Shown: positions 10,762-21,000, counted from the stretch's first letter. The stretch is DNA of 64,000 nt from Candidatus Dormiibacterota bacterium (GCA_963713485.1 CAVQLW010000010.1:17376-81375); one strand, 5' to 3'. Translations and numbers: made by a program. Notes: generated by a model not told the origin, from the letters alone.

Positions 10762-11634
10762 TCAGCAGGCTTCGGCCGGACTGTCGAGCGGTGGCGTGTT
10801 CTGCGGGGTGCCGGCTGGGGCTCCATCGTGGCTGAGAATTGAAGCCCACGAGGACTGCAGCTTGTCGCGCTCGAGATCCATCGCGTTCGCCAGCGCCTTC
10901 TCGCTGCAGTTCACGATCCAGTAGGACTCGTTTGCGATGGTGCCCGCCGGGATGCCGAAGTCGCCGCCGGAGACGCTGTGGAGCGCGATGTTCGGCGACA
11001 GGCTCATCGGAGGGTTGAAGTAGTTGATGTCGGCATCCATGTACGCGTCGAGCTGCCCGTTGACGAACGCGGTCTGCGCGTCGGTTGCGGACGTGTACAA
11101 CTGCAGGCTCGACCCGAAGAACTTCTGGAAGTACGGTGTCCAGACGTAGCCGGTGACGGTGCCCACCTTGTGTCCGAGCAGGCTGGAGGGACCTGTGTAG
11201 TTGAACGACTTCTTCGTGAAGACCACGAGACTTTCGATGTCGACCGGATACGTGTAGTAGTACGTCTTCGCACGATCGGAATTGAAGTAGACGGGCGCGC
11301 CGATGTCAGCCTTTCCCTGCTGCACTGCGAGCAGCGACGAGGCGAAGGTGGTCTGGAACAGATGCACGGTGAGTCCGAAGTCGGCCGCAAACGCGTTGAC
11401 CCATGCGCCCGAGACTCCACCGATCTGATTCTGGCCAGGACCCACCGTGATCAACGGGGGATCTGACCCATACGTCGCGATGGTGAGCACGCCAGGGGTG
11501 AGTGTCTTGACGGTGCCCAGCACTCCGGCGCTCGAGGATCCCGAGTTGGAGGATGAGGACGATGTGCTGCCGCATGCGGCAGTGACCAGCATGATGCCGG
11601 TGCACAACCCTATGGACACTCGTACTCGGTTCAT
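10762..11634 (-). CDS. ABC transporter substrate-binding lipoprotein (family 3-like)
   Basis: Lipobox TAAC followed by Ser-rich linker, PGVLTIAT, QGKADIG, KVGTVTG. Confidence 0.88.
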   Translation of the reverse strand: MNRVRVSIGLCTGIMLVTAACGSTSSSSSNSGSSSAGVLGTVKTLTPGVLTIATYGSDPPLITVGPGQNQIGGVSGAWVNAFAADFGLTVHLFQTTFASSLLAVQQGKADIGAPVYFNSDRAKTYYYTYPVDIESLVVFTKKSFNYTGPSSLLGHKVGTVTGYVWTPYFQKFFGSSLQLYTSATDAQTAFVNGQLDAYMDADINYFNPPMSLSPNIALHSVSGGDFGIPAGTIANESYWIVNCSEKALANAMDLERDKLQSSWASILSHDGAPAGTPQNTPPLDSPAEAC

Positions 11635-11667
11635 TTCGCGACCTCCGGCGAGTTGCAGTGCGCACCT

Positions 11668-11690
11668 GCTAATATCGATAATCGATTAGC
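11668..11690. promoter_or_regulatory. Probable GntR/FCD operator
   Basis: AT-rich dyad GCTAATATCGATAATCGATTAGC (ATCGAT-A-ATCGAT core) between the divergent SBP and gntR genes. Confidence 0.55.
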
Positions 11691-11718
11691 GAGGGACACT
11701 ACTGCGGAGGCTGACCCG

Positions 11719-12519
11719 ATGTCAAGCACCGAAGGAGCGGAGGTTCCGGGGGGCCGCCTGACCCCTGTGTCGCTGCGTCTGGTATCAGACGCGGCATACG
11801 AGCAACTGAAGAACAAGATCGTGACGGGCGAGCTCGTGCCGGGAACGCGACTCGTCGAAACCAAGTGCGCGGGCGACCTCGGTGTCAGCCAGAGCACGGT
11901 GCGAGAGGCGCTCGCGCGCCTGGCCCGAGACGGTCTCGTGCTGTCAATCCCGCGCCGCGGGTCATACGTCGCGTCACTCCCAGCCGACACGATCTACCAC
12001 CTGTACGAGATGCGCGAGCGGATCGAGCCCCTCGCCATGCGCCTGGCGATGAAGGCCCTCAGTCAGGCCGATCACGACTATTTGGAGCGCCAGCTCGACC
12101 GGCTCGCGGCGCGGACGATCAGCGAGCGCATCGACGCGGACATGGCGTTTCACGAGCGCCTGTACGAGCTGTCCGGCTTCCCGCCACTCCAGAGCCTCTG
12201 GCCCCAGATCGAGGCGCTCACGCGCAAGTTCTTCAGCACCTCGCGCCGCCTCACCGACGCGGAGCAGATCAAGCACACCCACCGGGCGATCATGCGGGCT
12301 CTCACTGACGAGGACGAGGAGGCGCTCGAGGAGGCCCTACAGCTTCACATGCGGCAGACGTCCCTCCTCATGAAGGGCCGCGCCGATCCCGACTCACCGC
12401 ATGCGACACGTGGCGGAGGATCGAGCGCAACCGGTCCGCCGGCACTGCAACTCATCCAACCTCGGGAAGCCCACTCCGAGGCAAGGCGCACAAGCCGCCA
12501 TCGCCCGAGGTCCACATGA
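11719..12519 (+). CDS. GntR family regulator (FCD domain)
   Basis: wHTH LVPGTRLVE...LGVSQSTVREALARL..DGLV, FCD motifs YEMRERIE and DMAFHERL; GGAGG RBS. Confidence 0.92.
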   Translation: MSSTEGAEVPGGRLTPVSLRLVSDAAYEQLKNKIVTGELVPGTRLVETKCAGDLGVSQSTVREALARLARDGLVLSIPRRGSYVASLPADTIYHLYEMRERIEPLAMRLAMKALSQADHDYLERQLDRLAARTISERIDADMAFHERLYELSGFPPLQSLWPQIEALTRKFFSTSRRLTDAEQIKHTHRAIMRALTDEDEEALEEALQLHMRQTSLLMKGRADPDSPHATRGGGSSATGPPALQLIQPREAHSEARRTSRHRPRST

Positions 12520-13373
12520 GCCAGGGCGACACCCACGTCCGTCGGATCGCTGTCGCGAACCATGCCCCCGCCGTGCGGGTCAGCCAGGAGGGACTCTTCG
12601 AGATCTCCGGGCTTGCCGCATACGACGAGTTTGGCGAAGAGGTTTTCCCCGACCACCTGCTCTTGCAGACGCAGTATGTCCTCGGCCTCATGCGTCAGAT
12701 CCTTGAAGGGGTTGGGCTTGGATTCGAGGATGTCGCCCGCTTGTCGGTGTTCACCACCCACATCGGCGAGTGGCCGTCAGTGTGGCGGGAGGTCCAGTCG
12801 ATGGTGACGCCGACGCCTGCCATGACGGTCGTCGAAATCACTCGTCTCGTCGGCCGGACTGGGACCGTCGAGCTCGAGATCACCGCATCGAAGCCGTATG
12901 CCCGCGAGGCAGGCGGCGATTCGCAGGAGGTTCCTATGGCATCGCCCGAGCGCGCAACAGCCGCATACGGAGCGGTCGCAGTTGTCCCGAAGTCCCTCTC
13001 GGATCGCGACTGGGAGTTGCACACCGCAGCCTTCCTGATGGGCAAAGGCGACCTGGTCTTCCTCTCGGGCCTGGGTCCGGTCGATGCACAGGGCAACCTC
13101 GTCGGGCGCGGCGACCCGGGTGCCCAGACGCGTCAGATCATCAGCACGATGAGCACCATCCTCGGAGAGGCGGGTGGATCTCTCGACGACATCGTCCGGC
13201 TGCGAGTGTTCACGCCTGATATGGCGAACCGGCCCGGGATCAATGCAGAGCGGATGAGATCCTTCAAGGAACCACGAGCAGTGAGCACCTTCGTTCAGGT
13301 CAGCGCGCTCGAGGACCCGGAATGGCTCGTCATGCTCGAGGCAACAGCGTTCATCCCAAAGCAGGCCGGGTAA
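12516..13373 (+). CDS. Tandem two-domain RidA/YjgF family protein
   Basis: Two YjgF-like units (ISG...QT...L...G.GFEDV...VELEITA; LSG...QTRQI...GGSLDDIV...MLEATA). Confidence 0.8.
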   Translation: MSQGDTHVRRIAVANHAPAVRVSQEGLFEISGLAAYDEFGEEVFPDHLLLQTQYVLGLMRQILEGVGLGFEDVARLSVFTTHIGEWPSVWREVQSMVTPTPAMTVVEITRLVGRTGTVELEITASKPYAREAGGDSQEVPMASPERATAAYGAVAVVPKSLSDRDWELHTAAFLMGKGDLVFLSGLGPVDAQGNLVGRGDPGAQTRQIISTMSTILGEAGGSLDDIVRLRVFTPDMANRPGINAERMRSFKEPRAVSTFVQVSALEDPEWLVMLEATAFIPKQAG

Positions 13374-13426
13374 GTTCCAGGGTTTGCCGCGTCGTCGTCG
13401 CAACAGTGCGGAGTTCTAGGGGAGCC

Positions 13427-14410
13427 ATGCGAGTTCTTGTCACCGACACGGATATGCCTTCGTTCGATATCGAGGAGGAGGTGCTCGCCCCACTTGGTGT
13501 CACGATTCACCTCGCCCCTTCGAGCGACGTCGCCACGCTCACGAATGAGGCGGCGAGTGCGGACGCGATCATGGCCGGTTATGTGCCGGTTCCCGAGAGC
13601 GTGATCGCTGCGGCGGCGAACGCCGGATGCAAAGCCATCGTCCGGTATGGAATCGGCTACGACAACGTCGACCTCGCGGCGGCGGAGCGCTACGGCATTC
13701 CGGTCGCGAATGTTCCGGACTACTGCACCGAAGAAGTCGCTGACCACACGATGATGTTGTTGCTCGCGTACGCCCGCCGGCTGCTCGAGTCCACCACTTC
13801 GGTGCGCGAAGGCGGCTGGGAGATTCCCAAGGGCCAGGTGCCACGCCTGGCCGGCCAGCACCTGGGCCTCGTCGGGGCCGGGCGGATCGGGCGGCGCGTT
13901 GCGACGCGCGCACTCGCCTTCGGTCTTGCCGTTCACGCGTACGATCCGGTTGCCGCGGTCGACATACCCGGTGTGATCCCCGCGCCGAGCTTGGATCAGC
14001 TGCTCGAGACGTGCGACTACGTGTCGCTCCATCTGCCACTCAACAGTGCGACCAGACACCTGATCGATCGGCAGGCGCTGCAGTCGGCCCGACGCCGGCC
14101 GCTCCTCATCAACACCGCGCGCGGGGGTCTCGTCGACCTGGATGCCGCGATGGAAGCGCTCGACCAGGGGCGGCTGGGAGGTCTCGCGCTGGATGTGTTC
14201 GAGGAGGAACCCCTGGCGGACACCCATCCCCTCCGGAACCACGCCTCTGCGTTGATCACCCCCCACATGTCGTACTACTCGAACGAGTCGGAGCCGGATC
14301 TCATCAGGCGCGTGGCGGAGGAGGTGGCACGAGCCCTGCGCGGCGAACCGTTGCTCAACCCGATCACCAACATCAAGGTGGCCTCGGGCGGCGCGGCGAA
14401 GCCCGCGTGA
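13427..14410 (+). CDS. D-isomer 2-hydroxyacid dehydrogenase (CtBP-like)
   Basis: RYGIGYDNVD, NVPDYC.EEVADH, GAGRIG, INTARG, LDVFEEEP, TPH. Confidence 0.92.
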   Translation: MRVLVTDTDMPSFDIEEEVLAPLGVTIHLAPSSDVATLTNEAASADAIMAGYVPVPESVIAAAANAGCKAIVRYGIGYDNVDLAAAERYGIPVANVPDYCTEEVADHTMMLLLAYARRLLESTTSVREGGWEIPKGQVPRLAGQHLGLVGAGRIGRRVATRALAFGLAVHAYDPVAAVDIPGVIPAPSLDQLLETCDYVSLHLPLNSATRHLIDRQALQSARRRPLLINTARGGLVDLDAAMEALDQGRLGGLALDVFEEEPLADTHPLRNHASALITPHMSYYSNESEPDLIRRVAEEVARALRGEPLLNPITNIKVASGGAAKPA

Positions 14411-14482
14411 GCGAGTTCTGCACGAGCAGTTGAGGCACCTCGCGCTGGTACTCGAAGCCGCCCGGTGGCATGGTACTGATCG

Positions 14483-15661
14483 ATGAAGTTCGACCTGCTG
14501 ATCAAGGGAGGCCGCGTGATCGACCCCTCGCAGGGAGTCGATGATCGCCTTGACATTGGCATCGCGCGCGGGCGAATCGAGGCAATCGGACCCAACCTGA
14601 ATGTGTCGGATGACGGTGGGCCGGGCGCGCGCATCGTCGACGCAAAGGATGGATTGGTTGTCCCCGGTTTGATCGACATTCACGCGCATGTGTACACGGG
14701 CGTCTGCACGCTCACCGTGCCCGCCGACGAGATGGCGTCTCGGACAGGCGTGACAACGATGGTCAGCGCGGGCGACGCGGGCGCAAACACAATCGAGGGG
14801 TTCCGCCGCCTCATCGTCGACGCTTCCCGAACCAGAGTGCTTGCCTTCCTCCACATATCGACGGTGGGTCTCGCGCCGTTCCCCGTCGGCGAGTCCATGG
14901 AGCTCAGCATGCTCGACATCGACGCGGCCGAGGCTGCCGTGGCGAGGTTCCCCGACATGATCGTCGGCATCAAGGTGCGGCAGGGCGGTCCGAGCATCAC
15001 CGGCGCCCACGGACTCGAGCCACTCCGCCGAGCGATCGCCGTTTCGAGAGCGGTGCGCCTGCCGGTGATGGTGCATATCACCGACTCCGACGCCCCCATT
15101 GCCGACCTCCTGGCGATCCTCGGAGCAGGCGATATCGTCACCCACTGCTTCACGGGATCGCCCCACGGTCTACGGCACGACGGCGGCATCGCCGATGCGG
15201 CACGAGCTGCGCGAGACCGCGGTGTGCTGTTCGATGTCGGGCATGGTGCCGGGAGCTTTGACTTCGATGTCGCAGAAGCCGCCGTGCGTTCCAGGTTCTG
15301 GCCGGACACCATCAGCACCGACCTCCACAGCATCAGTGCGGCGACGGTCAGAAACCTGCCCGACGTGATGTCCAAGATGCTCGCGGTCGGGATGCCGCTC
15401 GTCGACGTGATTTCAGCTACGACGAACCGAGCGGCAGGCGCGATCGGACGCGGTGCCACGCTCGGAACCTTGCAAGTGGGGCGCGTCGCCGACGTTGCGA
15501 TTCTCGACCTGCACCGCGGGGATCAGGAGTTCCTCGATTCGTCGGGGCGCGCGCGCATCGCCGAGTCGTGGCTCAGTGCGCGCCACACCGTCCGTGCGGG
15601 GCTCGTGTGGGGCTCGCCCGGGCACCCGGGCACCGGCGTCGCGGTGCTCGCGGAGCGATGA
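14483..15661 (+). CDS. Amidohydrolase/dihydroorotase-like metallohydrolase
   Basis: PGLIDIHAHV, GIKVR, MVHI, THCF, DVGHGAGSF, ISTDLH. Confidence 0.88.
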   Translation: MKFDLLIKGGRVIDPSQGVDDRLDIGIARGRIEAIGPNLNVSDDGGPGARIVDAKDGLVVPGLIDIHAHVYTGVCTLTVPADEMASRTGVTTMVSAGDAGANTIEGFRRLIVDASRTRVLAFLHISTVGLAPFPVGESMELSMLDIDAAEAAVARFPDMIVGIKVRQGGPSITGAHGLEPLRRAIAVSRAVRLPVMVHITDSDAPIADLLAILGAGDIVTHCFTGSPHGLRHDGGIADAARAARDRGVLFDVGHGAGSFDFDVAEAAVRSRFWPDTISTDLHSISAATVRNLPDVMSKMLAVGMPLVDVISATTNRAAGAIGRGATLGTLQVGRVADVAILDLHRGDQEFLDSSGRARIAESWLSARHTVRAGLVWGSPGHPGTGVAVLAER

Positions 15662-16974
15662 GCGGCACCGCGATGACGAGCGCACCCGATGCGATCGTGA
15701 TCGGCGCCGGAGTTATTGGTGCCTCGGTGGCGTACGAGCTGACAAGACGGGGCTGGCATGTGACGTCCGTCGAGAAGCTCACCGACGTCGGAGCGGGTTC
15801 GACGAGCGCTTCGTCCGCAGTGATTCGCTTCCATTACTCGACATACGAAGGGGTTGCGACGTCATGGGAAGCCAAGTTCGGCTGGGAGCAGTGGCGAGAC
15901 TACCTGGAGGCTCCGGCTGACGAGACGCTCGCGCGGTTTCACAAGACCGGGTGCCTGATTCTCGACGGGAGCACGGATCGCGAGCGGACATGCGCACTCT
16001 TCGACCGCGTCGGCATTCCCTGGGAGGCGTGGGACGCCGACACGATTCGCGAACGGATTCCGGGGCTCGATCCGGCGAAACATGGACCGCCGGTCGCAGT
16101 GAACGACCCGGCGTTCTGGGTGGACCCGACCTCGGATTTGACCGGGTACTTCACCCCGGACGGAGGCTTCGTCGACGATCCGCAGCTGGCAGCCCGCAAC
16201 CTCATCGCCGCGGCGCAGCGGCGCGGGTGTGAGGTCAGGCTGGGCGAGGAGGTCGTGGAGATCCTGCAGACGGAAGGACGGGTCAGTGGTGTGCGCCTGG
16301 CCGGAGGCGACGTCCTCAGGGCTCCCGTGGTGGTCAATGTGACCGGACCGTATTCCGCCACCATCAACGAGCTGGCGGGAGTCCTGTCGGACTTCGGTGT
16401 TCGAACGCGCCCGCTCCGGCAGGAGGTGCACTCGGTGACCGCCCCCGAGGGGTACGGTGCCGGCGAACTTGGTCCGGTGATCATGGACGGGGATCTGGGG
16501 ACGTACTTCCGCTCGCACTTTCAGCACCAGATCATCGTCGGCGGCACCGAACCGGCATGCGATCCGCTGGAGTTCGTCGACGATCCGAATACCTATAACG
16601 TGAATCCCACGCAGCGAGCGTGGGAGGCGCAGGTGTTCAGGCTGGCCCGGCGAATCCCGTCGTTGCCGGTGCCGCCTCGCCCGCGAGGCACCGGAGCTCT
16701 GTACGACGTCGCCGACGACTGGATCCCCATCTACGACAAGACGTCGCTCAGTGGCTTCTACGTTGCGATCGGAACGAGCGGCAACCAGTTCAAGAACGCT
16801 CCGGTCGTCGGTCACTTCATGGCCACGCTCATCAGCGCCTGCGAAGCGGGACACGATCACGACGCGGATCCGGTGGTGGCGGATGGCCGGTACACGGAGC
16901 ACTCCATCAACCTCGGCCACTACTCACGACTGCGGCAGATCCACGGGGAGAGCAGCTTCAACGTGATGGGCTAG
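15658..16974 (+). CDS. FAD-dependent oxidoreductase (sarcosine oxidase beta/D-amino acid oxidase-like)
   Basis: VIGAGVIG, GSTSASSA, YDVADDWIP, GTSGNQFKNAP. Confidence 0.88.
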   Translation: MSGTAMTSAPDAIVIGAGVIGASVAYELTRRGWHVTSVEKLTDVGAGSTSASSAVIRFHYSTYEGVATSWEAKFGWEQWRDYLEAPADETLARFHKTGCLILDGSTDRERTCALFDRVGIPWEAWDADTIRERIPGLDPAKHGPPVAVNDPAFWVDPTSDLTGYFTPDGGFVDDPQLAARNLIAAAQRRGCEVRLGEEVVEILQTEGRVSGVRLAGGDVLRAPVVVNVTGPYSATINELAGVLSDFGVRTRPLRQEVHSVTAPEGYGAGELGPVIMDGDLGTYFRSHFQHQIIVGGTEPACDPLEFVDDPNTYNVNPTQRAWEAQVFRLARRIPSLPVPPRPRGTGALYDVADDWIPIYDKTSLSGFYVAIGTSGNQFKNAPVVGHFMATLISACEAGHDHDADPVVADGRYTEHSINLGHYSRLRQIHGESSFNVMG

Positions 16975-17017
16975 GATGTGCCCGTCTGACGTTGCCCCGA
17001 GTTGACTGGAGCCATCC

Positions 17018-17443
17018 ATGAGCGGCGCCGAGCACCACTTCAGCACCCGTGCGGACGGGACACCGACTGCACCGGGGCGTTACGTCGACGTCGGGGCGAT
17101 CGAGGCTGTCGAATTCCTGCCCGGTCTCGCGTTTCGACCAGTCCTCGGTGAGCGCACGATGATCAACTTCGTGTCGTTCGAACCGAACACCGAAGCTCCG
17201 ATGCACGTCCATGAGGAGGAGCAGATCGTCCTCGTCATCGACGGTGAGTTCGAGTTCGAGATCGACGGTGACGTTCGCACGATGCGTGCCGGCGATGTCG
17301 CGGTCGTGCCCAGCTGGGTGCCGCACGGGGCGCGCACGCACGAGACGTCGTGCCGGGAGATCGACGTCTTCAACCCGCCGCGACGGTCCCTCATCGACCA
17401 CGCGCGGAGCCAGGCAGCGCCAGGACAACCGCGCAGCGGCTGA
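17018..17443 (+). CDS. Cupin domain protein
   Basis: HVHEEEQ...G...GDVAVVPSWVPHG metal-binding motif. Confidence 0.9.
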   Translation: MSGAEHHFSTRADGTPTAPGRYVDVGAIEAVEFLPGLAFRPVLGERTMINFVSFEPNTEAPMHVHEEEQIVLVIDGEFEFEIDGDVRTMRAGDVAVVPSWVPHGARTHETSCREIDVFNPPRRSLIDHARSQAAPGQPRSG

Positions 17444-17482
17444 GGATCGATCGACTGATCGCGGAGGCTGCTCGCTCCGCGA

Positions 17483-18028
17483 TCACTTGACGACCGCGGT
17501 GCCGGCCGCGCTCACCGCCTCCCACTTGGCGCCGAATGCGTCGATTCCTTCTCCGGTGGCCATGCCCGGTGCCGAGTCCGCGATGAAGTAGTAGAGCGGG
17601 TGTCCGTCATACGTGACCTGCGTGGTCCCGTCATCACGCCTGGTGGTTCCAAGCAGAGTGGCCGATACGCCACCGGTCGCCCGGGGCGCGCCGGTCGTGG
17701 TCAACGGTGGCCAGTTCTGCGCGCACTGCCCGTTGCACGTCGACGCGGACCCGGTATCGGCGAGGAAGTAATACAGCGTCTTGCCATCGGGACCGACCAG
17801 AATCTGTCCGAGGCCGCCAACGCTCTGCAACGCAACGGTCGCGCCTGCTGCCGGTGCGGGAGCAGGTTGCGACGGTGTTGGAGTCGCGGCCGCAGTGGGC
17901 ACCGATGTCGCCGCCTGTGGTGGCGCGCCGGTCACAGTCGGAGTGGTGGTGCCGGCCGCTGCGGAACCGCAGGCGGCAACAATCAACATACTCACGGATC
18001 CACCCAGGATCACCAGTGCTCGTCTCAT
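17483..18028 (-). CDS. Predicted lipoprotein with Yx(FWY)xxD repeats (COG4315-like)
   Basis: Lipobox VAAC, GKTLYYFLAD...CNGQCAQNWPP, QVTYDGHPLYYFIAD. Confidence 0.88.
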   Translation of the reverse strand: MRRALVILGGSVSMLIVAACGSAAAGTTTPTVTGAPPQAATSVPTAAATPTPSQPAPAPAAGATVALQSVGGLGQILVGPDGKTLYYFLADTGSASTCNGQCAQNWPPLTTTGAPRATGGVSATLLGTTRRDDGTTQVTYDGHPLYYFIADSAPGMATGEGIDAFGAKWEAVSAAGTAVVK

Positions 18029-18179
18029 GATTCAGTTCCCCGCGGCGACCGCCGCACATCGATTCGTCGCAGAGAGATACCGGGGTCTGTTACACGAGAT
18101 TGCGCGTGGATTTGTTCGCTGCGCACATGCTTTCGGTGTGCGTTTCCGCGTCACCGGGCGCCGTATATACGCGACTGGG

Positions 18180-19406
18180 TTACGCGAAAGGAGACCTGGG
18201 CAGTCTCACGTGATCGCGACTGAGGTCGGCGATGCTCCGCACCCCCAGAAGCTGCATCGTGCGGCGGATCTCACGGGAGAGGATCTCCGCGGCGCGAGCG
18301 ACGCCCGCCTCACCTCCCGCCATGAGGCCATACAGATACGCACGGCCGATGAGCGCCGTCTTCGCGCCGAGTGCGATGGCGGCGACGATGTCCGCGCCGG
18401 TCATGATGCCGGTGTCCATCCACACCTCGATCCGATCCCCGACAGTGTCGACGACCTCGGGGAGGAGGCGGAGCGGGACCGGTGCGCGATCCAGCTGACG
18501 GCCACCGTGGTTGGACAGCACGATCGCATCCACTCCGGCGTCCGCCATGCGGCGCGCGTCTGCCACCGTCTGGATCCCCTTGATGATCAACGGGCCGTCC
18601 CAATATGAGCGAACCCACTCGAGATCGGCGATCGTCATCGTCGGGTCGAAGAGCGCATCGATGAGCTCGGCGATCGTGCGGTCCCACGCGTCCAGCGAGG
18701 CGAAGGTCAGCGGCTTTGTGGTGAGCAGGTTCACCCACCACGCGGGATGCGACGCGATGTCAGCGACCGTCTTCACAGTGAGTGTCGGCGGGATCGAGAA
18801 TCCATTGCGCACATCGCGGAGACGCGCTCCCGCCACTGGGACATCAACGGTCAGCATGAGGGCTTCGAAACCCGCTGCCTTGGCACGCGTCATCAACTCC
18901 TCGCCGGCGGATCGGTCTCGCCAGACGTAGAGCTGAAACCACTTGCGCGCCGAGGGCGCTGCCGCGGTCACATCCTCGATCGAGGTCGTCCCCATGGTGG
19001 ACAGGGCGTAGGGAATCCCGATCCGCTCGGCCACGCGAGCCACAGCGCGCTCGCCCTCGTGATGCATCAAGCGCGTGAACCCGGTGGGTGCGAACGCGAA
19101 CGGCAGCGCCGATGATCGGCCCAGCGATGTGGTGGTTGTGTCCACGCTGGACACGTCATGCAGGGCCGACGGTTGGAGCTCGAGCGACTGGAAGAGCGCT
19201 CGCGCACGGCGGATGCTGATCTCCGCCTCGGCGGCGCCATCCGTGTAGTCGAACACCGCCCGTGGCACTCGACGGCGGGCGATCGTGCGGAGCTGGTTGA
19301 TGGTCAGCGCCTTCTGCAGCCGTCGACTCGTCGGATTGAGCTCGATGGGCCGGGCGCGCAGGAGCGGTCTGATCTCCGACCACCTGGGGAATTGACGCTC
19401 GGACAT
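18180..19406 (-). CDS. lldD: FMN-dependent alpha-hydroxy acid dehydrogenase (L-lactate dehydrogenase-like)
   Basis: FDYTDGAA, APTGF, WFQLY, LTVDVP, IIKG, SNHGGRQLD, DTGI, GRAYLYGL. Confidence 0.88.
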   Translation of the reverse strand: MSERQFPRWSEIRPLLRARPIELNPTSRRLQKALTINQLRTIARRRVPRAVFDYTDGAAEAEISIRRARALFQSLELQPSALHDVSSVDTTTTSLGRSSALPFAFAPTGFTRLMHHEGERAVARVAERIGIPYALSTMGTTSIEDVTAAAPSARKWFQLYVWRDRSAGEELMTRAKAAGFEALMLTVDVPVAGARLRDVRNGFSIPPTLTVKTVADIASHPAWWVNLLTTKPLTFASLDAWDRTIAELIDALFDPTMTIADLEWVRSYWDGPLIIKGIQTVADARRMADAGVDAIVLSNHGGRQLDRAPVPLRLLPEVVDTVGDRIEVWMDTGIMTGADIVAAIALGAKTALIGRAYLYGLMAGGEAGVARAAEILSREIRRTMQLLGVRSIADLSRDHVRLPRSPFA

Positions 19407-19573
19407 CTGACCGGACCCTCGTGGCTCACTTCACCCCGGCCGTGTCGCCGTACGCGGCCGGAGCACTGTCTACCAATCATTGTGCCGACCATGAGGATAT
19501 TCATGGGCTGGAACCGCGTGTGGTGCCCGCGATAGCAACTCCCTCGAGGGCGCTCGGCACCGCGGTCCTCGGG

Positions 19574-20158
19574 TCAGGTGGTCGTCGCGTAGAAGGTGAT
19601 GATCCGCGAGCCGTTGCGGGTCAGACACGTCTGGAACTGGGCAGCTGTTCCTGGCGGCGGCGTGTCGACCGGACCGTACGCGTAGGTGTACTGATGGCCC
19701 CTGATGGTGTAGCGATGAGCTGTTCCAGCAGCGTCATACCAGGTGATGACCTCGCCGTTGTACGCGTGGGTCAGGCTTGTGAACGGGCCACCAAAGCTGT
19801 GCCCGATGAAGTAGACGTCCCACTTCACACAGGTGTCGATCGCAGCGGTCCTCCTCGTGAGTTCCGTGCGACCGGTGCAATCGTTGTACGTCGAGACGCC
19901 GACATCGAGATGCGGTCCGATCAGCCGATTGCGAATGCGTGGTGTGCGCAATGCGGAGGCGATGCCACTCGCGGAAGCGCCCGGCGTGTTCGTATGCAGG
20001 GCGGTGCTGATCCCGCCCACCGCCGCGTATTGATGAGACCCAGTCGTCGGCGCGGCTGCGGTGTCTGCGCGAGCCAATGCTGGAGCGGCGAGCAGCGCGA
20101 GGATGGCCACCGCGAGCTGCAACGCGAAGACCTGAGGCGTTCTGCTGTGACGCTTCAT
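19574..20158 (-). CDS. Secreted sortase-fold protein A (putative Cys transpeptidase)
   Basis: Signal peptide (..APALARA-D); YFIGH..PFTSL..GEVITW..G..HRYTI..QFQTC...SRI has sortase-like His/Cys/Arg spacing; ATGA overlap with the C39 gene stop. Confidence 0.6.
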   Translation of the reverse strand: MKRHSRTPQVFALQLAVAILALLAAPALARADTAAAPTTGSHQYAAVGGISTALHTNTPGASASGIASALRTPRIRNRLIGPHLDVGVSTYNDCTGRTELTRRTAAIDTCVKWDVYFIGHSFGGPFTSLTHAYNGEVITWYDAAGTAHRYTIRGHQYTYAYGPVDTPPPGTAAQFQTCLTRNGSRIITFYATTT

Positions 20159-21000
20159 CGTGCACCTTCTATGGCGACTGCCATGCCCCCGAATGTCCTG
20201 ATGGCGGCGGCGAACGCAGCATCGGTGAGCGTCCGCCGTGCGCCCATCGCAACGTCGACAACCGTGACCGTGTGCACGCGCATGTTGACCCCGACCACCG
20301 TCACCGCGTGCTCGAGCGTGGTGTAAGGAATCAGCCGCCCGTCCCACGCAGTCCAGGTCCTTGTCGCGCTGTCGCCGAAGTCGAAATTGACCCAGATGAC
20401 CACGGGGTTCCCAGCACGGACCTCGTCTTCAATCTCAACCGCTGTCCAGCCCGTATGCCCGACTGCCGTGGCGCCGGCGAGCTGCGCCACCGCGGCGATC
20501 GGCGCTTCGTACACGCCGTAGCCGGTGAAGCCGGCCTCCGAGCCGTTGACGTTGCCGACAAACGCTGTGTTCGGATCGCCCCAGCGCACTGGCCGTCCTT
20601 CGGACAGCACCGCGGAGCGTTCCTCCTTGGGGAGGTGGTCGAACACCCAATCCTGTGAGACATCGAACCCCTTGGTTTCGAGGGCGACGGCGAGCGCCGC
20701 CAACTCACAGTCGAGGGACATGTCCTGACGAATGGTCGGCGCGTTCAGGTTCCTCACCAGCGGCAGTGGTGGAGCGGGGCACGGCAGCTGCAGTGGCTGG
20801 GTCCGGCTGGGGACTGTTTCTCGGCATGGTGGTGTGCCCCCGGGGGTCCACCCGGCGCGCGCGAGGAGCGGTCCACCGAGCACCGCGCTGACGGCGAGAC
20901 TCACGCCGACAAGCCCGACGACGACCCCACGCTGCGCTCTCTTCGCGACCTGGGCTTGTGCGATCGCGGTGTTTCGGACGGTCTGGGTTGGATGAGTCAC
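20155..21000 (-). CDS. C39-like (YvpB/Peptidase_C39_2) cysteine peptidase with N-terminal membrane anchor or signal
   Basis: RQDMSLDCELAALAVAL (Q..C), GDPNTAFVG, GYGVY, GNPVVIWV, EHAVTVVG; start site approximate. Confidence 0.8.
   Translation of the reverse strand: MTHPTQTVRNTAIAQAQVAKRAQRGVVVGLVGVSLAVSAVLGGPLLARAGWTPGGTPPCRETVPSRTQPLQLPCPAPPLPLVRNLNAPTIRQDMSLDCELAALAVALETKGFDVSQDWVFDHLPKEERSAVLSEGRPVRWGDPNTAFVGNVNGSEAGFTGYGVYEAPIAAVAQLAGATAVGHTGWTAVEIEDEVRAGNPVVIWVNFDFGDSATRTWTAWDGRLIPYTTLEHAVTVVGVNMRVHTVTVVDVAMGARRTLTDAAFAAAIRTFGGMAVAIEGAR

Noticed and set aside
18060-18095. ECF-type promoter (TGTAAC...CGAAT) upstream of the lipoprotein gene
   Set aside because: Spacing is not convincing and there is no ECF sigma in the window.
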